NCBI GenBank assembly: GCA_051362555.1
Contig: CM120645.1
Span: 13,950,001 to 14,014,000, forward strand
Reading direction: 5' to 3'
DNA length: 64,000 nt
Origin: Lingula anatina
Lineage: Eukaryota; Animalia; Brachiopoda
The notes beneath the pieces are model-generated. The model was not told the origin of the DNA and did not search any database. It worked only from the letters and a program-made list of their open reading frames with translations. Positions 29,055 through 41,044 of the stretch are shown here, piece by piece (position 1 is the stretch's first letter; each line of letters begins with the position of its first letter). Both the position numbers and the translations under genes were made by a program.

Positions 29055-29312
29055 CAGTGCCGGATTTAGGGGGTGTCAGGGGGGTCCTGCCCCTCCCCCC
29101 TTCGATTTCTGAGAAATATCACAACAATGGCCCCCTTGTGAAATTAGAATTTTGACTAGCTGGATGATATATCTAAACCATACCAAATGGCACCGTTCGC
29201 TTTTTAGAATACCAAAAATTTTTCGGGGGGCTTCAGCGGGCCCCGAACTCAGCGCCAAGGTGGGGGGGGGGGGGGGAGGAGCCCACTTCAAATAATACTG
29301 GACCCGGCCCCG
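29055..29312. mobile_element. Non-autonomous hAT-like element (CAGGGGCGGATCCA-type termini)
   Basis: CAGTGCCGGATTTAGGGGG ... CTTCAAATAATACTGGACCCGGCCCCG; relatives at ~21048, 34786/40409, 42860-42963 and 62041-62205. Confidence 0.65.
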
Positions 29313-30145
29313 CAAAAGTCGTGTCGTCTGCAGGGCATCTCTGAAGTGGAATGATTGTGTTAGTGCAGAAAATTCCTTTCTCACCAGTTGACAACCGAAA
29401 ACCATCATATTACTCTATTAAACCATGTCAAAGTTGATGCCAAAAAGGCCAATACCAAGACGGACTTTTTACCTTTTGGAATACCGTATTAGGACGGTGG
29501 GACAACAGTGCGCGAACAGTGTTCATGTATTACACTGGTATATACCAGTAAATTCTGAATTTCGGTTCACACGTTTTAAAAGAAAAGGGAGATCCATGCA
29601 TAGTATAGTGAGAAAATTGTTACTGTAGCACTGGGGTTGACGATAATTATTATTTTAATTATGAATGCCATCATTATTTGGTTTTAAAAGTGAAACAAAG
29701 AAATATATTTTGATAAGACTGTGAATATGAGGCCGGATTCGATCAAGGAAGACACCCCCCCCCCCTCCTAAACACACACACTTTGGCTCTGCAGATGACG
29801 CAGTCCATTCAAAAAGGTGACGCTCAAATTAGCCTTAAACTTTATTGCCTTATGGATATTGTAACCCTTTATTATCATGGAGATATCGAAAACGAGGTTT
29901 TCCCTGCATCTGATTATTCAATAATGTATCTATCTTTATGATGATTTAAAACGATAATAAGACCTTCAAAAATATAAAATATCAGCGTTTATATTTTTTC
30001 GTGGCATTCGCTAAGCATAGGCGTTAATCGTCAATTTAAATTTAACACCTTTCTATTTTAAGGTGAGATAGCAATCGTTATGGGGCGTAACTTTATCTCT
30101 GAACAAGATTTTAGGAAGCTCTCCAGTGTAAAGGGGTTTTTATAT

Positions 30146-30634
30146 AGGCCTTCGTTTTGGTTCCTTAATTGTCGCGCACGGACAAAAAATGTTGTGCTTT
30201 TTAATGATCACTAACGAAAAATTGTCGTATTCAGTGTGGTTAACGGCTTTCAATATTTACTATTTTAGACTGTTTTCACAACGTGAACATGTACATAAAT
30301 TACACTCGCAATTTTGGAAATGGTTTGGAACGATTTCGAGGAGCAGCGTCTTGACTGATACAGCTGTATATGCTTTAAAGATTTTTCTTACAGCGAAGAT
30401 AAAACAGTGGGCCTGATTTGCCCAGAATTTGGAACAGAATAAATCAAAATTATTAATATGAGTACCCTGTGAGGACTTACTTCATTCTTTGAGTCTAGAT
30501 TATATAACACAAAATTTAGCAGATATATATACAAGGGTGGATTTGATTTTATAATCCATGTCAAGGGAGGATTTGAATTTATAGTCCATTTTTGTTGTCC
30601 GTGCACGGCAATTTCAGAACCAAAAAGAAGGCCT
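30146..30634. mobile_element. MITE-like element with ~45 bp imperfect TIRs
   Basis: AGGCCTTCGTTTTGGTTCCTTAATTGTCGCGCACGGACAA at the left pairs with TTGTCCGTGCACGGCAATTTCAGAACCAAAAAGAAGGCCT at the right; short internal 30-bp tandem repeat. Confidence 0.75.
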
Positions 30635-30842
30635 CATTGACCTACATTGTCTTTCTTATACAGGCTGATGATTTATATATATTAATAAGAAATGAATGCA
30701 TTCGTTGTAAAACTTCAACCTCGGGGTTGGAATTGCAGACAAAAATGTTATTATCATTATTTTAACCTTTGACAGGATTTTTTTAATTTATAAAAAATTA
30801 AATAGAACACATTTTATAAAACGTAAGTGTGAATTTTGCTTT

Positions 30843-30874
<32 letters not shown>

Positions 30875-32279
30875 AAAAAAAAAAATAACGAAATAGATTT
30901 TAAAGCGGTGGGCATTTTATTCATGACTTAAGAAGCGAATCAATCATCATCTCAACTTTATCATTTTATTTTTCCCAGTTAATAAATCTGTGACTGTGTT
31001 GGCTTATGAGCTTAATGTATTCTGGAATAAATCTGGCCATAAAACTGGAGTCTTAACTTTGATAGTCTCGAGCAAGTCACTCTCAGTTTCATTGCGCCGA
31101 GCCATGGCATTTTTAACAAGAGATAGTGACTGTAAAGTCCCCGTCACTGAACCCAAACCCGTACACAGCTATTATGTATGTCCCAATGTCTAGCTCACCT
31201 TGAGGGATGTGGATTAGAGAGGTGTGGCCGCACCCGGTACGGTCGTCATTGAGGAACAAACTGTAAGCGTCGTGAATGATGCATGTCTCATTCGCAACGG
31301 TTTCAACATGAACATACGCAGCACAGTCAAAAACAGCCAGTAGTGTGTCGTAGTCGGTGGAATTGCAAGTGGATACAATGAGATCCTCACTGCCAGGGTA
31401 ATTGATGGAGTATCGCAGCGTTGCCAGATAAGGTCCCTTGTATTCATGTCTGCCGCAAAACGAGTAGTTTGTGCCATCACACACGACTTCCTGAATGTAC
31501 GCTGGAAGCGAAAACATACTGTTTAATTTACTTTCAAAAAGGTCGCAAAATTAACGGATATGCTGCAAAAAAGAAGGAAAGCACAAAATAAGCTGCATCC
31601 CTTTTTCATGTCAAGCTGCAGAATGTTACATCATTTTGATCTGTTTGTTTTTATACACTTTATCTGAACTAATTAAAGATGCACCCGAGGATATGGCCAT
31701 TATATACGTAAGGCTCTTTATGCGACCTATTAATTGCGGCCTTTACTGTTATAATTACTGTAGCATGGGAAAACATGCATTTCCATACCTTATAACTGAA
31801 ATGCTAACTAATGGAATAAAATAAAAGCTTGTCAGATAGAAAATAACTGAGAGTTAAATGTACTTCTCGCTTATTGCAATACCATACTCACGGCACTCAT
31901 CTTCAAGTCCAGCTGAAAAATTAAAAAGATGAGATACTTTGAAAATGAATGTGAATTATAATTCACTGCTGTAACGCTTTCTTTAAAGCTGACAAAACCA
32001 GTGTGATTTCTATACATTGTACCCTAAGTTCTAGATTCCGGTATTGCCAGCTCGATCTTGATTTCATATATAACCCATAGCAGCAATACTAGTAAAAATG
32101 ACTCCAAGGTATATTTAATATTTACAAGCTAATTTGTACGTTGCTCTGACACTCAAGGTAATAGAAACTACTGTAGAACATAATATACTAAGTTTGATGT
32201 TATACTTACGACGTCGACATTCCGGTGCCACTGAAGAAAAAATAAAACAAAGATATATTTGCAAAATATACAGCCACTA

Positions 32280-33945
32280 CAACATTGGTCAAAAAGGTTG
32301 TCCCACCCCCGGTTTCATGTGCTTTTATTTATACATGATCACATCACAAGAGTTAATTGCTATGAATGGTGATTTTCTTTCCAGATACCATAACTGACAT
32401 GATTATTGGAACAGAAAAACTAGCAGTTAAGATATCCATATTTAATACCATTTATTCACATTTATTAGATGTACCCCTTCAAATCCGATGTTCCACTGTG
32501 ATTTTCACGGGGGTAAAGAAATGCCCATTAAATTGAGATGACACCACCAAAAGTCACCAAATTTACACACATTTAGCATTAGGGTGTGCTCGTTAAAAGC
32601 CACGTGTCTATTAGCGTGTGTGTCTACCGTGCACTGTAATTATCTCCTGTAGACGGCGCCACTGCCTTCATCAAGGGTTAAAATTTTGTTTTGAGGGATT
32701 TTGCCTCATGTTTCCTAAAAAGCTTGGCAGAATTGGTCCAGACTAGTTGGGGTTTGGTTCTCCTCTGGATTGCACGCTTGAATTCATGCCACTGGTGCTC
32801 AGTAGGTTTATTATCAGAATTTAAAGGTTTTTACAGTCTCAGAACATTGGGTTTCTGCAACTAATCACTCACCAAATGACAACTGTGTGCAAGTGTGCTG
32901 TCATGATGAAGCCTGGATCACCTCCGAAGTTCCCTCTTGCAGATGGGATGAGGTATCAGTTGAGGATATTAGGTTCAGTGACCCCAGAACTATGAGAACT
33001 TGGTCAACCATCTATAGGAACAAGTTCGTTTTGCTGAAGATCAAGGTATTTCTTGTATGCCTTTGAAGGTCAAATTTGGACCCGTAGACATGTTGCAGAA
33101 TACGTTTTGGAAGGTTTTTGAAGGATGATATTGCCTGAGGTGTCAGGTCAGACCACATTTGGAGAGAATTCCAAGCCCATGGTTTAAGTGCATTGTTCTT
33201 TCTGGAAAAGAACGATTTTGGGGTAATTCACTGAAACGTTCTCAACAAAATATCTCACTCCATTTGCAAGAGTTGACTTCAGGGATACTGCTGGCGTCAT
33301 CATGGAAATGCACTTGCACACAGTTCTCGTCTGCTAAGTGATTTGTTGCAGAAACCCAACGTTCAGAGGATAGAGCAATCACCTTTGGGCCATGTTTTTA
33401 ACTTTACTAAACATGTGGCACGAATTGAAGTGTGTAATGCATAGGAAAACCGAACTACTAATAATCTGGACCAACTCCCTCAAGCTCTTTGGGAAGAATG
33501 GGACAATATCCCATAAAACAGAATTGTTACCCTTGTTGAAGGCAGGCTGCGCCACCTACATGAGGTAATTACAGTACGCAGTGAACACAAACGCTATTAG
33601 ACAAGGAACCTTTAACGAGCACACCCTAATGCTAAATGTGTGTAAATTTGGTGACATTTGGTGGCGTTATTTCAATTTAAGAGACATTTCTATTACCTCT
33701 GTGAAAATCACAGTGAAACGTCGGATTTGAGGGGGTACATGTAATAAATGTGAATAAATGGTATTTTAATATTTAAAAATATTGATATCTTCACCGCTAG
33801 TTTGTATTTTCTGTATCACTAATCATGATATTTATGGTATCTGGAATAGAAATCACTATTTATAACAATCTACACTTGTGATGTGATCATTTATAAATAA
33901 AATCACATGATACTGAAGGTGGGACAACCTTTTTGACCAATGTTG
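32280..33945. mobile_element. Tc1-derived fold-back element with ~630 bp inverted arms
   Basis: TA-CAACATTGGTCAAAAAGGTTGTCCCACC ... GGTGGGACAACCTTTTTGACCAATGTTG-TA; both arms carry a decayed Tc1 transposase C-terminus (ALWEEWDNIP). Confidence 0.88.
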
Positions 33946-34041
33946 TATATATCATATATGACAAGAACGGTTATGTACATTAAATGTCTTAGATACCCGA
34001 AGTGCTGGGTGATTTTCTAAGAAATGTAACACTTGGTTCTG

Positions 34042-34077
34042 TAATGAATGAATGAATGAATGAATGAATGAATGAAT
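34042..34077. repeat. (AATG)n microsatellite
   Basis: Direct reading. Confidence 0.95.
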
Positions 34078-35199
34078 TTTACAGAACAGCATGCCAGATG
34101 AACCATGGAATTGGGATTTCTATCATCAGAACTGCAGAAAAAAACATTCTATGATTATTATCGATTAGGTGAATAAAATTATTTAACCCGTGGGTAACAA
34201 CCAGAACAGTGGAAAATATTTCATGTTGATTTACCAAAGAAAAAGAGAGAAATAAGCGCTAACTTAACTTTCACAAAGCAATACACAGACCTGAACTTTT
34301 AAAGGATAGATGCAGACAAGTAAGCTTCTGTGTTTAGGTTAAAGTGTGTTTGGATTAAACGGTATAAAACTCATCTTTTTACATGTTTATCATTGTGCAC
34401 ATTACAGCATTCTTTGCCGTTCTCATCTGGAACACAAGTTTTGGGATCCTCAACAGACGGGTCCAACACGTATCCCTCCTCACATTTACGGGACCAAGGC
34501 TTAGGACAAGGTAAAATACCTTGACTATATATATAAGGCTTTGGGGGTTTATAGATTTATCATCACACTCAAGAGATGCGCATTGGTTTGGTCATGTCCA
34601 TCCGAATGATTCTCATAGACCTTTCGGGAAATTTCGGCGGGTCAAAACTCGCTCGATAAAAAAGTAGCCCTCTCACTTAGGAGCCGCAAATTAAAAATGT
34701 AATTAATGTTGGGGTATTCCGATGTTCATGCTAGAAAGGTCAAGGTTCTACAAACATCCCCTTGCCTAGTTATTATTTTCTACTTCAGTGGCAGATATAG
34801 AGGGGTGTCAGGGGGTATTAACCCCACCCCTTCGGTTTCTGAAAATATATCACACTAATATTAGGGGTGGGCAATTGACAAAAAAATTTTAAAACAGGTT
34901 GATTCTATGCCCATTTTTGCTGCTGAACACAAATCTGACACTATTTTTTTACCAAAGCTAAAGATTGATATTGGTATCTGCTATTTGTTTGTGAAAAAAG
35001 GCGAGAAATGGCTTTTTGGCCATATTTAAAGTACATGAAAATGATGTGTAATATGTCTTTCTATATGTTTTTGGGGTTGTTGAGTTCAAATATTAGCATA
35101 TTCAAGACATTGGCAATATTGGTAGGGTGACATCTGTAAAAATATGTTATTTAAAACAAACATAGATACAATACACACTTCGAGTCTAAGGTAAGTAGT

Positions 35200-37956
35200 A
35201 AATAATGCACTGTCCACGAGCCCGATATCCACGATAGCAAGCCGAGCGTCAGCGAGGCATGCTATCGTGGATATCGGGCGAGGGGGTAACAGTGCATTAT
35301 TTGTCATACATACTAAGGGAAATCGTGCATGTTCCTCCCCCAAACCCCCTAACTTTGAATAGAACACGCTGATATCACCGCGCATGGGGTGATATCAAAG
35401 AATGGACTTTTCCCGCGCTTACGCCGATAGTTTCTGTCTAATTGTGGTCACCGTCCAATTATTTTCATTTGTGTGAATGGTTTGTGGTTGCGTGTGCTTT
35501 GGCAGAGATATGGGTCAGTGGTTTTCTGTGAGAAGTTGGCTGCCCATCTCCCGCACGTGGCAGTTTCCTGCCCATCTCCCGCACGTGGCAGTCACTCTCA
35601 TTCATTTTTCGGCAAAGCTGACAGCGACATTGCAGAAATGCTGTTTTCTGATGTATCGGACGACGAACTCGTGAGCGCAAGTCAAACGGCAGAGAAATCT
35701 CATTATGAAACTGAGCAACAATTTTCTGACATTTCGGACGACGAACTTATAAGCGCAAGTCAAAATGCAGAAATGTGTTATTTAGACGCGAAGCAGCAGC
35801 AGGAGCAGCAGGCTTTCTCGGCTGAGATGAAGGTGCGTATAACAAAAATACACATTTTTCATTTATGTTTATCTTTTCCATATGTATTTCCACTACATAA
35901 TTATACGACAAAATGCATTTGTACCTTGACATTTGAACGGATGAGATTCATTGCTTTCGAAAAACGTGAAAATTGACATATTTGACAAAATGCGTTTTCT
36001 TATGATATTATCCTGTTTTTAGGAGGGGAATGGCAGTAAAAGGTTCGCTATCCCAGTAACAGATGAGGAAATGGAGTTGCGCTCAAAAGCAAGCTTACCT
36101 AAGAACACGTTGCGTCGTAACATGTGGGCACTTAATACATGGAATAAGTGGGCAGTGGCGCGAAACAACACACGGTTGCACGGTTATCAAGGAAACGACA
36201 TTGCCATTAATAAATGGAATAAAATAAAGAAACCACTGACAAATCTATCTGACGAGGAACTTCAGTACTGGATATCCAAATTTATACTGGAGGTGAGAAA
36301 AGAGAACGGTACGGAATATCCTCCAAGGACACTCCTGTCCCTTGTGATGGGACTGCAGAGTTACATTCGCACTGAGTCGAAGCGAGGGATTGATTTATTA
36401 AATTCTGATCAATTTGTGGGTCTCCGACAAGTATTAGATTCTGAGATGAAACGTCTTTCTCATACTGGCCTTGGATGTAACACCAAAAAGGCCCAAGCAA
36501 TTTCTTTGGAGGATGAAAGCAAGCTGTGGTCATCGAAAGCGCTGGGCGACTATAATCCCAAAGTACTCGTGCGTACACTGCACTATTTGAATGGCAAAAA
36601 TTTCGGATTACGAGGTGGACAGGAACATCGACGACTGCGATATAAATCACCTCAAATTACGCTCCACGAACCTGAAGGTGAAATTGCTTATTTGAAATAT
36701 TCAGAGGACGTCTCTAAAACGTGTCAAGGTGGCCTAAAACATCGCAAATTAGTACCAAAGCAAGTGACCCATTTTGCTAACGCAGACTGCCCGGACCGAT
36801 GCCATGTAAGGATTTACAAGAAATATATGGAATTATCCCCCAAAGATAACAGAGACGATTCTTTTTACCTCCAGCCTTTGCAGAAATGGCGGGAAAACGT
36901 ATGGTTTAGTCGACAGCCGATTGGTGTGAATACCCTGTCAAACTTCACCCGAGAAACGTGTGAAAAGGCTGGCCTGAAAGGATTCTACACCAACCACTCT
37001 CTGCGGGCAACTACTGCGACGCGTCTCTTTCGGAGAGGTGTCGATGAGCAGCTAATTATGACCAAAACAGGGCATCGTTCAGTCGAAGGTAAATATCATC
37101 AATACCATACATAGACAGCAAAATTTAAGTGCGTGTAACTGTTTTGTATTAATCTAAAATTTCACAATAATTTAGATTAATTCTTAATTGTCTCTCAACT
37201 GCTGTAGGCCTAGACTTCAGGCAAATTCATTTTGCCACGAAGATCCCCACTCCCCATGTCTTTTTAAGTATTATTTTATTTTATAGTACTAATGAGTTTA
37301 TGCACAGATTTTACAACATACACTGTGGTTACAATCAATTGTGATGTTATTTTCATTTACTCATTTATAAGGGAAAGGGGCTCATATTTTACCAGTATAT
37401 TATCCTTTAGTATTATTTCGTTTCTTTCGGATATGTTTCTAGGCGTTCGTTCATGTAAACGGCCGTCTGAACAACAGGAACAACACATCAGCAGAATCCT
37501 TGACGGGAGTGATGATGGTCCGACGCCGCCGAAAATACGCACTCAGACAGACGTCAGTGATGAAAGTGTAACACAAACAGATTCTTCTTTGAGTAGACTT
37601 ATCGATTTAACAAATCAGCCGGTTGTATTTCAGAATTGCAATTTCCAATTTCATTAAAATATAAATTAAATGCCTGACGTTGTTTCCTTCTTGTTTTTCT
37701 GTTTTCAGTGACTATTAATGTAAAATTCGAGAAAAAAAGCGAGATATCGAGCTTTTTTTCGAGGATTTTACCGAGTCACCATGAGACACGCTATCATAAA
37801 GTGCGAGCGAAAGCGAGCACTTTTTGATAGCGGGTCGAGTTAACAGCATTGTTTGTGTGAACTTAACCATGCGGTTGGTTGGGCAGTAACAATGATATCA
37901 GTCCCTGCAATCCTTTTGTTTAGATATCAGCCCCGTGGTATGTATATACAAATAAT
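35200..37956 (+). mobile_element. Crypton (tyrosine recombinase) DNA transposon, apparently full length
   Basis: YR/DUF3504 gene flanked by a 7-bp direct repeat AAATAAT (35200-35206, 37950-37956), with terminal and subterminal hairpins; no long TIR or LTR. Confidence 0.8.
35638..37657 (+). CDS. Crypton tyrosine recombinase (DUF3504 family), 3 exons, ~491 aa
   Basis: Exons 35638-35832, 36023-37088 and 37443-37657 splice in frame (GT-AG). Motifs FILEVRKENGTEYPP, FGLRGGQEHR, SKTCQGGL, NHSLRATTAT, TGHRS..GVRS(C)KR. Confidence 0.9.
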
Positions 37957-38589
37957 GGCCATTATGTACATACTGCATTCATGGATTACAGTTTGGTATA
38001 AAAACAATGCTGAAAATACCTTCATGGATATGTACCAAAAAATGTTATGCTGTATAAATTTCCTTTTCTTCAGAACAGGTAAAACTTTATCAGGTGACAT
38101 CAACCTCTTACAGCCTCTAAGCTCTTGACCTTAGAATAGTACTTAGTTTCAGTTGCGTAGTTTAAGAGTATCTCACCACCACCATGAAAGCATCAACAAG
38201 AAATACACTGAGACCAGAAGGCACTGTAAACCCCTCTGTCACACTTATTTGGAATCGGTAGTAACCAAGCAGAATGAGCCGTAATGAAGAATTTTCAAAA
38301 TTCGCGCCACATTCGTTGGGTAATATCAAATTGACCCTAATTCCTGTAAAAATACCTCAGAATGCGCTTCGAACCCACCTGGAATGATTCGTGCAAATTT
38401 GGGTTGTATTGTATTACACACGCTGGAAAATAGAAGTATCAGCCATACTGAACCAATACTATGGGGGAGATAAATGACTGTAGAATGATGTGATCCTGGT
38501 ATCATTTTATTAACATTAAATTTCACAGAAAATCACAAAATGAGAACAAAATATACATTCTACCAAAATATGAAGTTTCAAGTCCAAAA

Positions 38590-39300
38590 TTAGTACTTAG
38601 TGGCAAAGCCACGTGACCTAATAATAGGTGTGAGTCTACGAGGCAAGGATTCATATAATTGTCTGTTGCGTTCAGGGCTTATGCTGGCCCAAGCATGAAA
38701 CACTGAATATAACAGAGTTTCTCTACTGGTTAGACGGGCATTTGTCAAAAGTTTTGACATATCATTCCACACATTTTCTATTATGTTTGCATCCGGACTG
38801 TGGGCAGGCCACATCACCCTGCGAATGTCCTGTTGGTCAAACCAATCATCAACTGCTCTGGGCCTGTGACAAGAAGCATTGTCATCCAGGTGAACAAATT
38901 GATAATTCCTGTCGCCAAACATGTTAGTAATACATGGTAGCAAGCCTGACTCCAAAACATCGATATATTTCTAGTGATTCATGTTTCCATCAACCACAAA
39001 CAATTCGCCCACGCTATAGATGCTGATGCAGCCCCACACCATGATGAATATGCTGCTCCGGATTCGAAAATTCAGTGCATGTGGTTCAAATGCTTAAACT
39101 GCAGTTCGCCAGCATCGTACCCGTCTGTCATCAGAGATCAGACCAAAGCGACACCCATCAGAAAAAAATATGTAGGGCCAATTGTCATGAACTGTCCAGT
39201 TGCAGATCCTGTTGGAGATATTGGAGGAAGACAGGAATAACATTTGCTGTACATGTACAAGACCAACGATACAATGCCATGGTATAGCGGTTTTATACTC
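38590..39300 (-). mobile_element. Decayed Tc1/mariner transposase
   Basis: FFSDGCRF, HLDDNASCHR, WPAHSPDANIIENVW and the RGFATKY C-terminus, in frameshifted pieces. Confidence 0.85.
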
Positions 39301-39399
39301 ATTATAAGTAGACCAGGCATTATAACTACCCAAGATCTGCCTACTTTTATTACTCTGATTTATGGAGTGACACTTCTATTGTCCAGTATGTGTAGCTCT

Positions 39400-39910
39400 C
39401 AAATGCACCGCGAATGTAGTTGGAACACATTAGGAATATCGTTAATGTTGTCTAAATATAGTGAGAATATTTAGAATGCACTTCGAATGCCATACGAGTG
39501 GGGTTTCATTGCAGGCTGAATTCCGGCCTGCAATCAAGATGAATTTGAGTTGCATTCTTGCTCATTGGAGGCACAATGTGGAACATTCTGACAAGATTTG
39601 AAGCACTTTGCCATTTCGGTTCTCCCTCGAATGCGATCAAAATGTTTAGAATGCTGTTGAAATACCGCAAGAATCTTAAGAATGCTCATAGTGCAGTTAT
39701 AATACAGTTGAATGCCATTAGATATTTTTCCACTTGGAATGCACTTCGAAAGTTTTGAGCATGAGCAAAACATTTGAACAGGATGCAAGAAATGACCCAA
39801 ACATTTAGAATGAGCTTAGAATTTTTAGATACTTCAAATATCCAGAAATAAACAAGATTTTTTTCATTCCGACTACATTCCAGCTCATTCCGCCTCTAGT
39901 GTGACTACCT
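39400..39910. mobile_element. Partial non-autonomous element rich in GAATGCACTTCGAA repeats
   Basis: Repeated GAATGC(ACTTCGAA) motifs; ends in ..CTAGTGTGACTACCT, which resembles a Harbinger-type TIR. No matching left end was found. Confidence 0.45.
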
Positions 39911-41044
39911 GTTATGAATGAAGACAATAAGGATATACTGTCACCGTTCACCCAAAAACCCTTATTTACTATTTGCGCTCATTGATCATGAAATCATTTG
40001 GTTAGACATATAACAAGCCATCTTTGAACTGATATTTAAAGATTTACGTGAGAAATATGTGATTTGAGGGCGCGTTTTGTGGCCATTTTGAAAAAGCACT
40101 TGACACCAATATCAGATGTTATTTAAAATGAAAAAACTTATTAGATTTGCATTCAGCAGCCAAAATGGCCTCAGAACCCAATTGTCTGACATCAAATTTT
40201 CCAAAAAAGCTTTCATTTTCCCATCCCTACCAATATTCCTTTCTTAAAATTAGAATTATAACTAGCTAAATCATAGTTCTAAACCGCACCAAAGAAGGGC
40301 ACTGTTCATTCTCCAAATTGCCAAAAATAAATTCAGGGGGGTGGTGGTCGGCTTCGCAAACGAGGCCTGTCGTTCCGGCCCCCCTTCAAATAATCCTGGA
40401 TCGCCCCTGTACTTATATTTAATCTATTGTAGCAATGTATAAACATTCAAACATACCACCTGGTTCGATCAAACGCCGCTTAATTGCTGATAATGTAATC
40501 AGTTTAATTGTCTGACACGCCTCCTTGATGCTAGGGGATAATTCACTTTCGTGTGCGCACGGCTTAATACTTCCTAGCAGCTCGAGGTGTGTCTGGCATT
40601 TAAGGCAGTTACAGTGATTGCAAATCTCCTGCAGAGTTGGATCGATCCAGCTAGAACGATAAGCTTAGAACTTACGAGCACCGCCGACTGCACAAGATAG
40701 TGTAGCCATCATCAAAACAACACAAAAAAGCATGGGACTAGTTATCTTCATCTTCAGACGATAGTTCTACGGCTGATGAATTAATTTCTGGCAAATTGCA
40801 GATCTGCTGATGGTCAGATCGCGTCTGTTGGTCTGATTAAACGCTGGGCAGACTACACCTTTCAAAGAGAATTTTTAGTGAATTATCCAATCATATTCTT
40901 TGGCAGAGAACTCCCTATTTGTCCAAAAAACGATGTACACATACGTTTTGGGGCGTCATTGATTTTCATTAGTTACACTGATAGACGCACTTTCCTACTT
41001 TCCATAAGGCCAAAACTAGGTATATGTAAAACATTTCATATCAT

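Larger units (their letters stand above)
31113..34520 (-). pseudogene. Probably damaged multi-exon extracellular protein gene: Cys-rich exon, micro-exons and a terminal PPC-like beta-sandwich domain
   Basis: Terminal ORF 31517-31113 (STCNSTDYDTLLAVFD..NDD..GCG..GTYIIAVYGF..GDFTVTISC). Candidate AG/GT-bounded 21-nt exons at ~31912-31892 and ~32230-32210, an exon near 34131-34083, and CEEGYVLDPSVEDPKTCV..CC at ~34520-34375. The joins give a stop or frameshift near 31551 and an apparent GT>AT donor. Confidence 0.55.
34862..40229. mobile_element. DNA transposon with TAGGG.TGGG termini hosting the Crypton and Tc1 relics
   Basis: TAGGGGTGGGCAATTGA...CCATTTTTGCTGCTGAACACAAATCTGA at the left is the inverted match of TTAGATTTGCATTCAGCAGCCAAAATGG...TCATTTTCCCATCCCTA at the right. 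Confidence 0.65.
34786..40409. mobile_element. hAT-like MITE split by nested insertions (halves 34786-34861 and ~40231-40409)
   Basis: The joined halves match the 29055-29312 element; TACTT directly flanks both ends. Confidence 0.7.

Noticed and set aside
35473-35976. 167-aa ORF as a separate gene
   Set aside because: Only 35638-35832 is exon 1 of the Crypton gene; the rest is UTR or intron read-through.
37089-37114. Tyr residues in the unspliced tail GKYHQYHT as the catalytic nucleophile
   Set aside because: Wrong spacing from the GH motif, and the tail lies after a good GT donor whose spliced product restores the GVRSxKR consensus.
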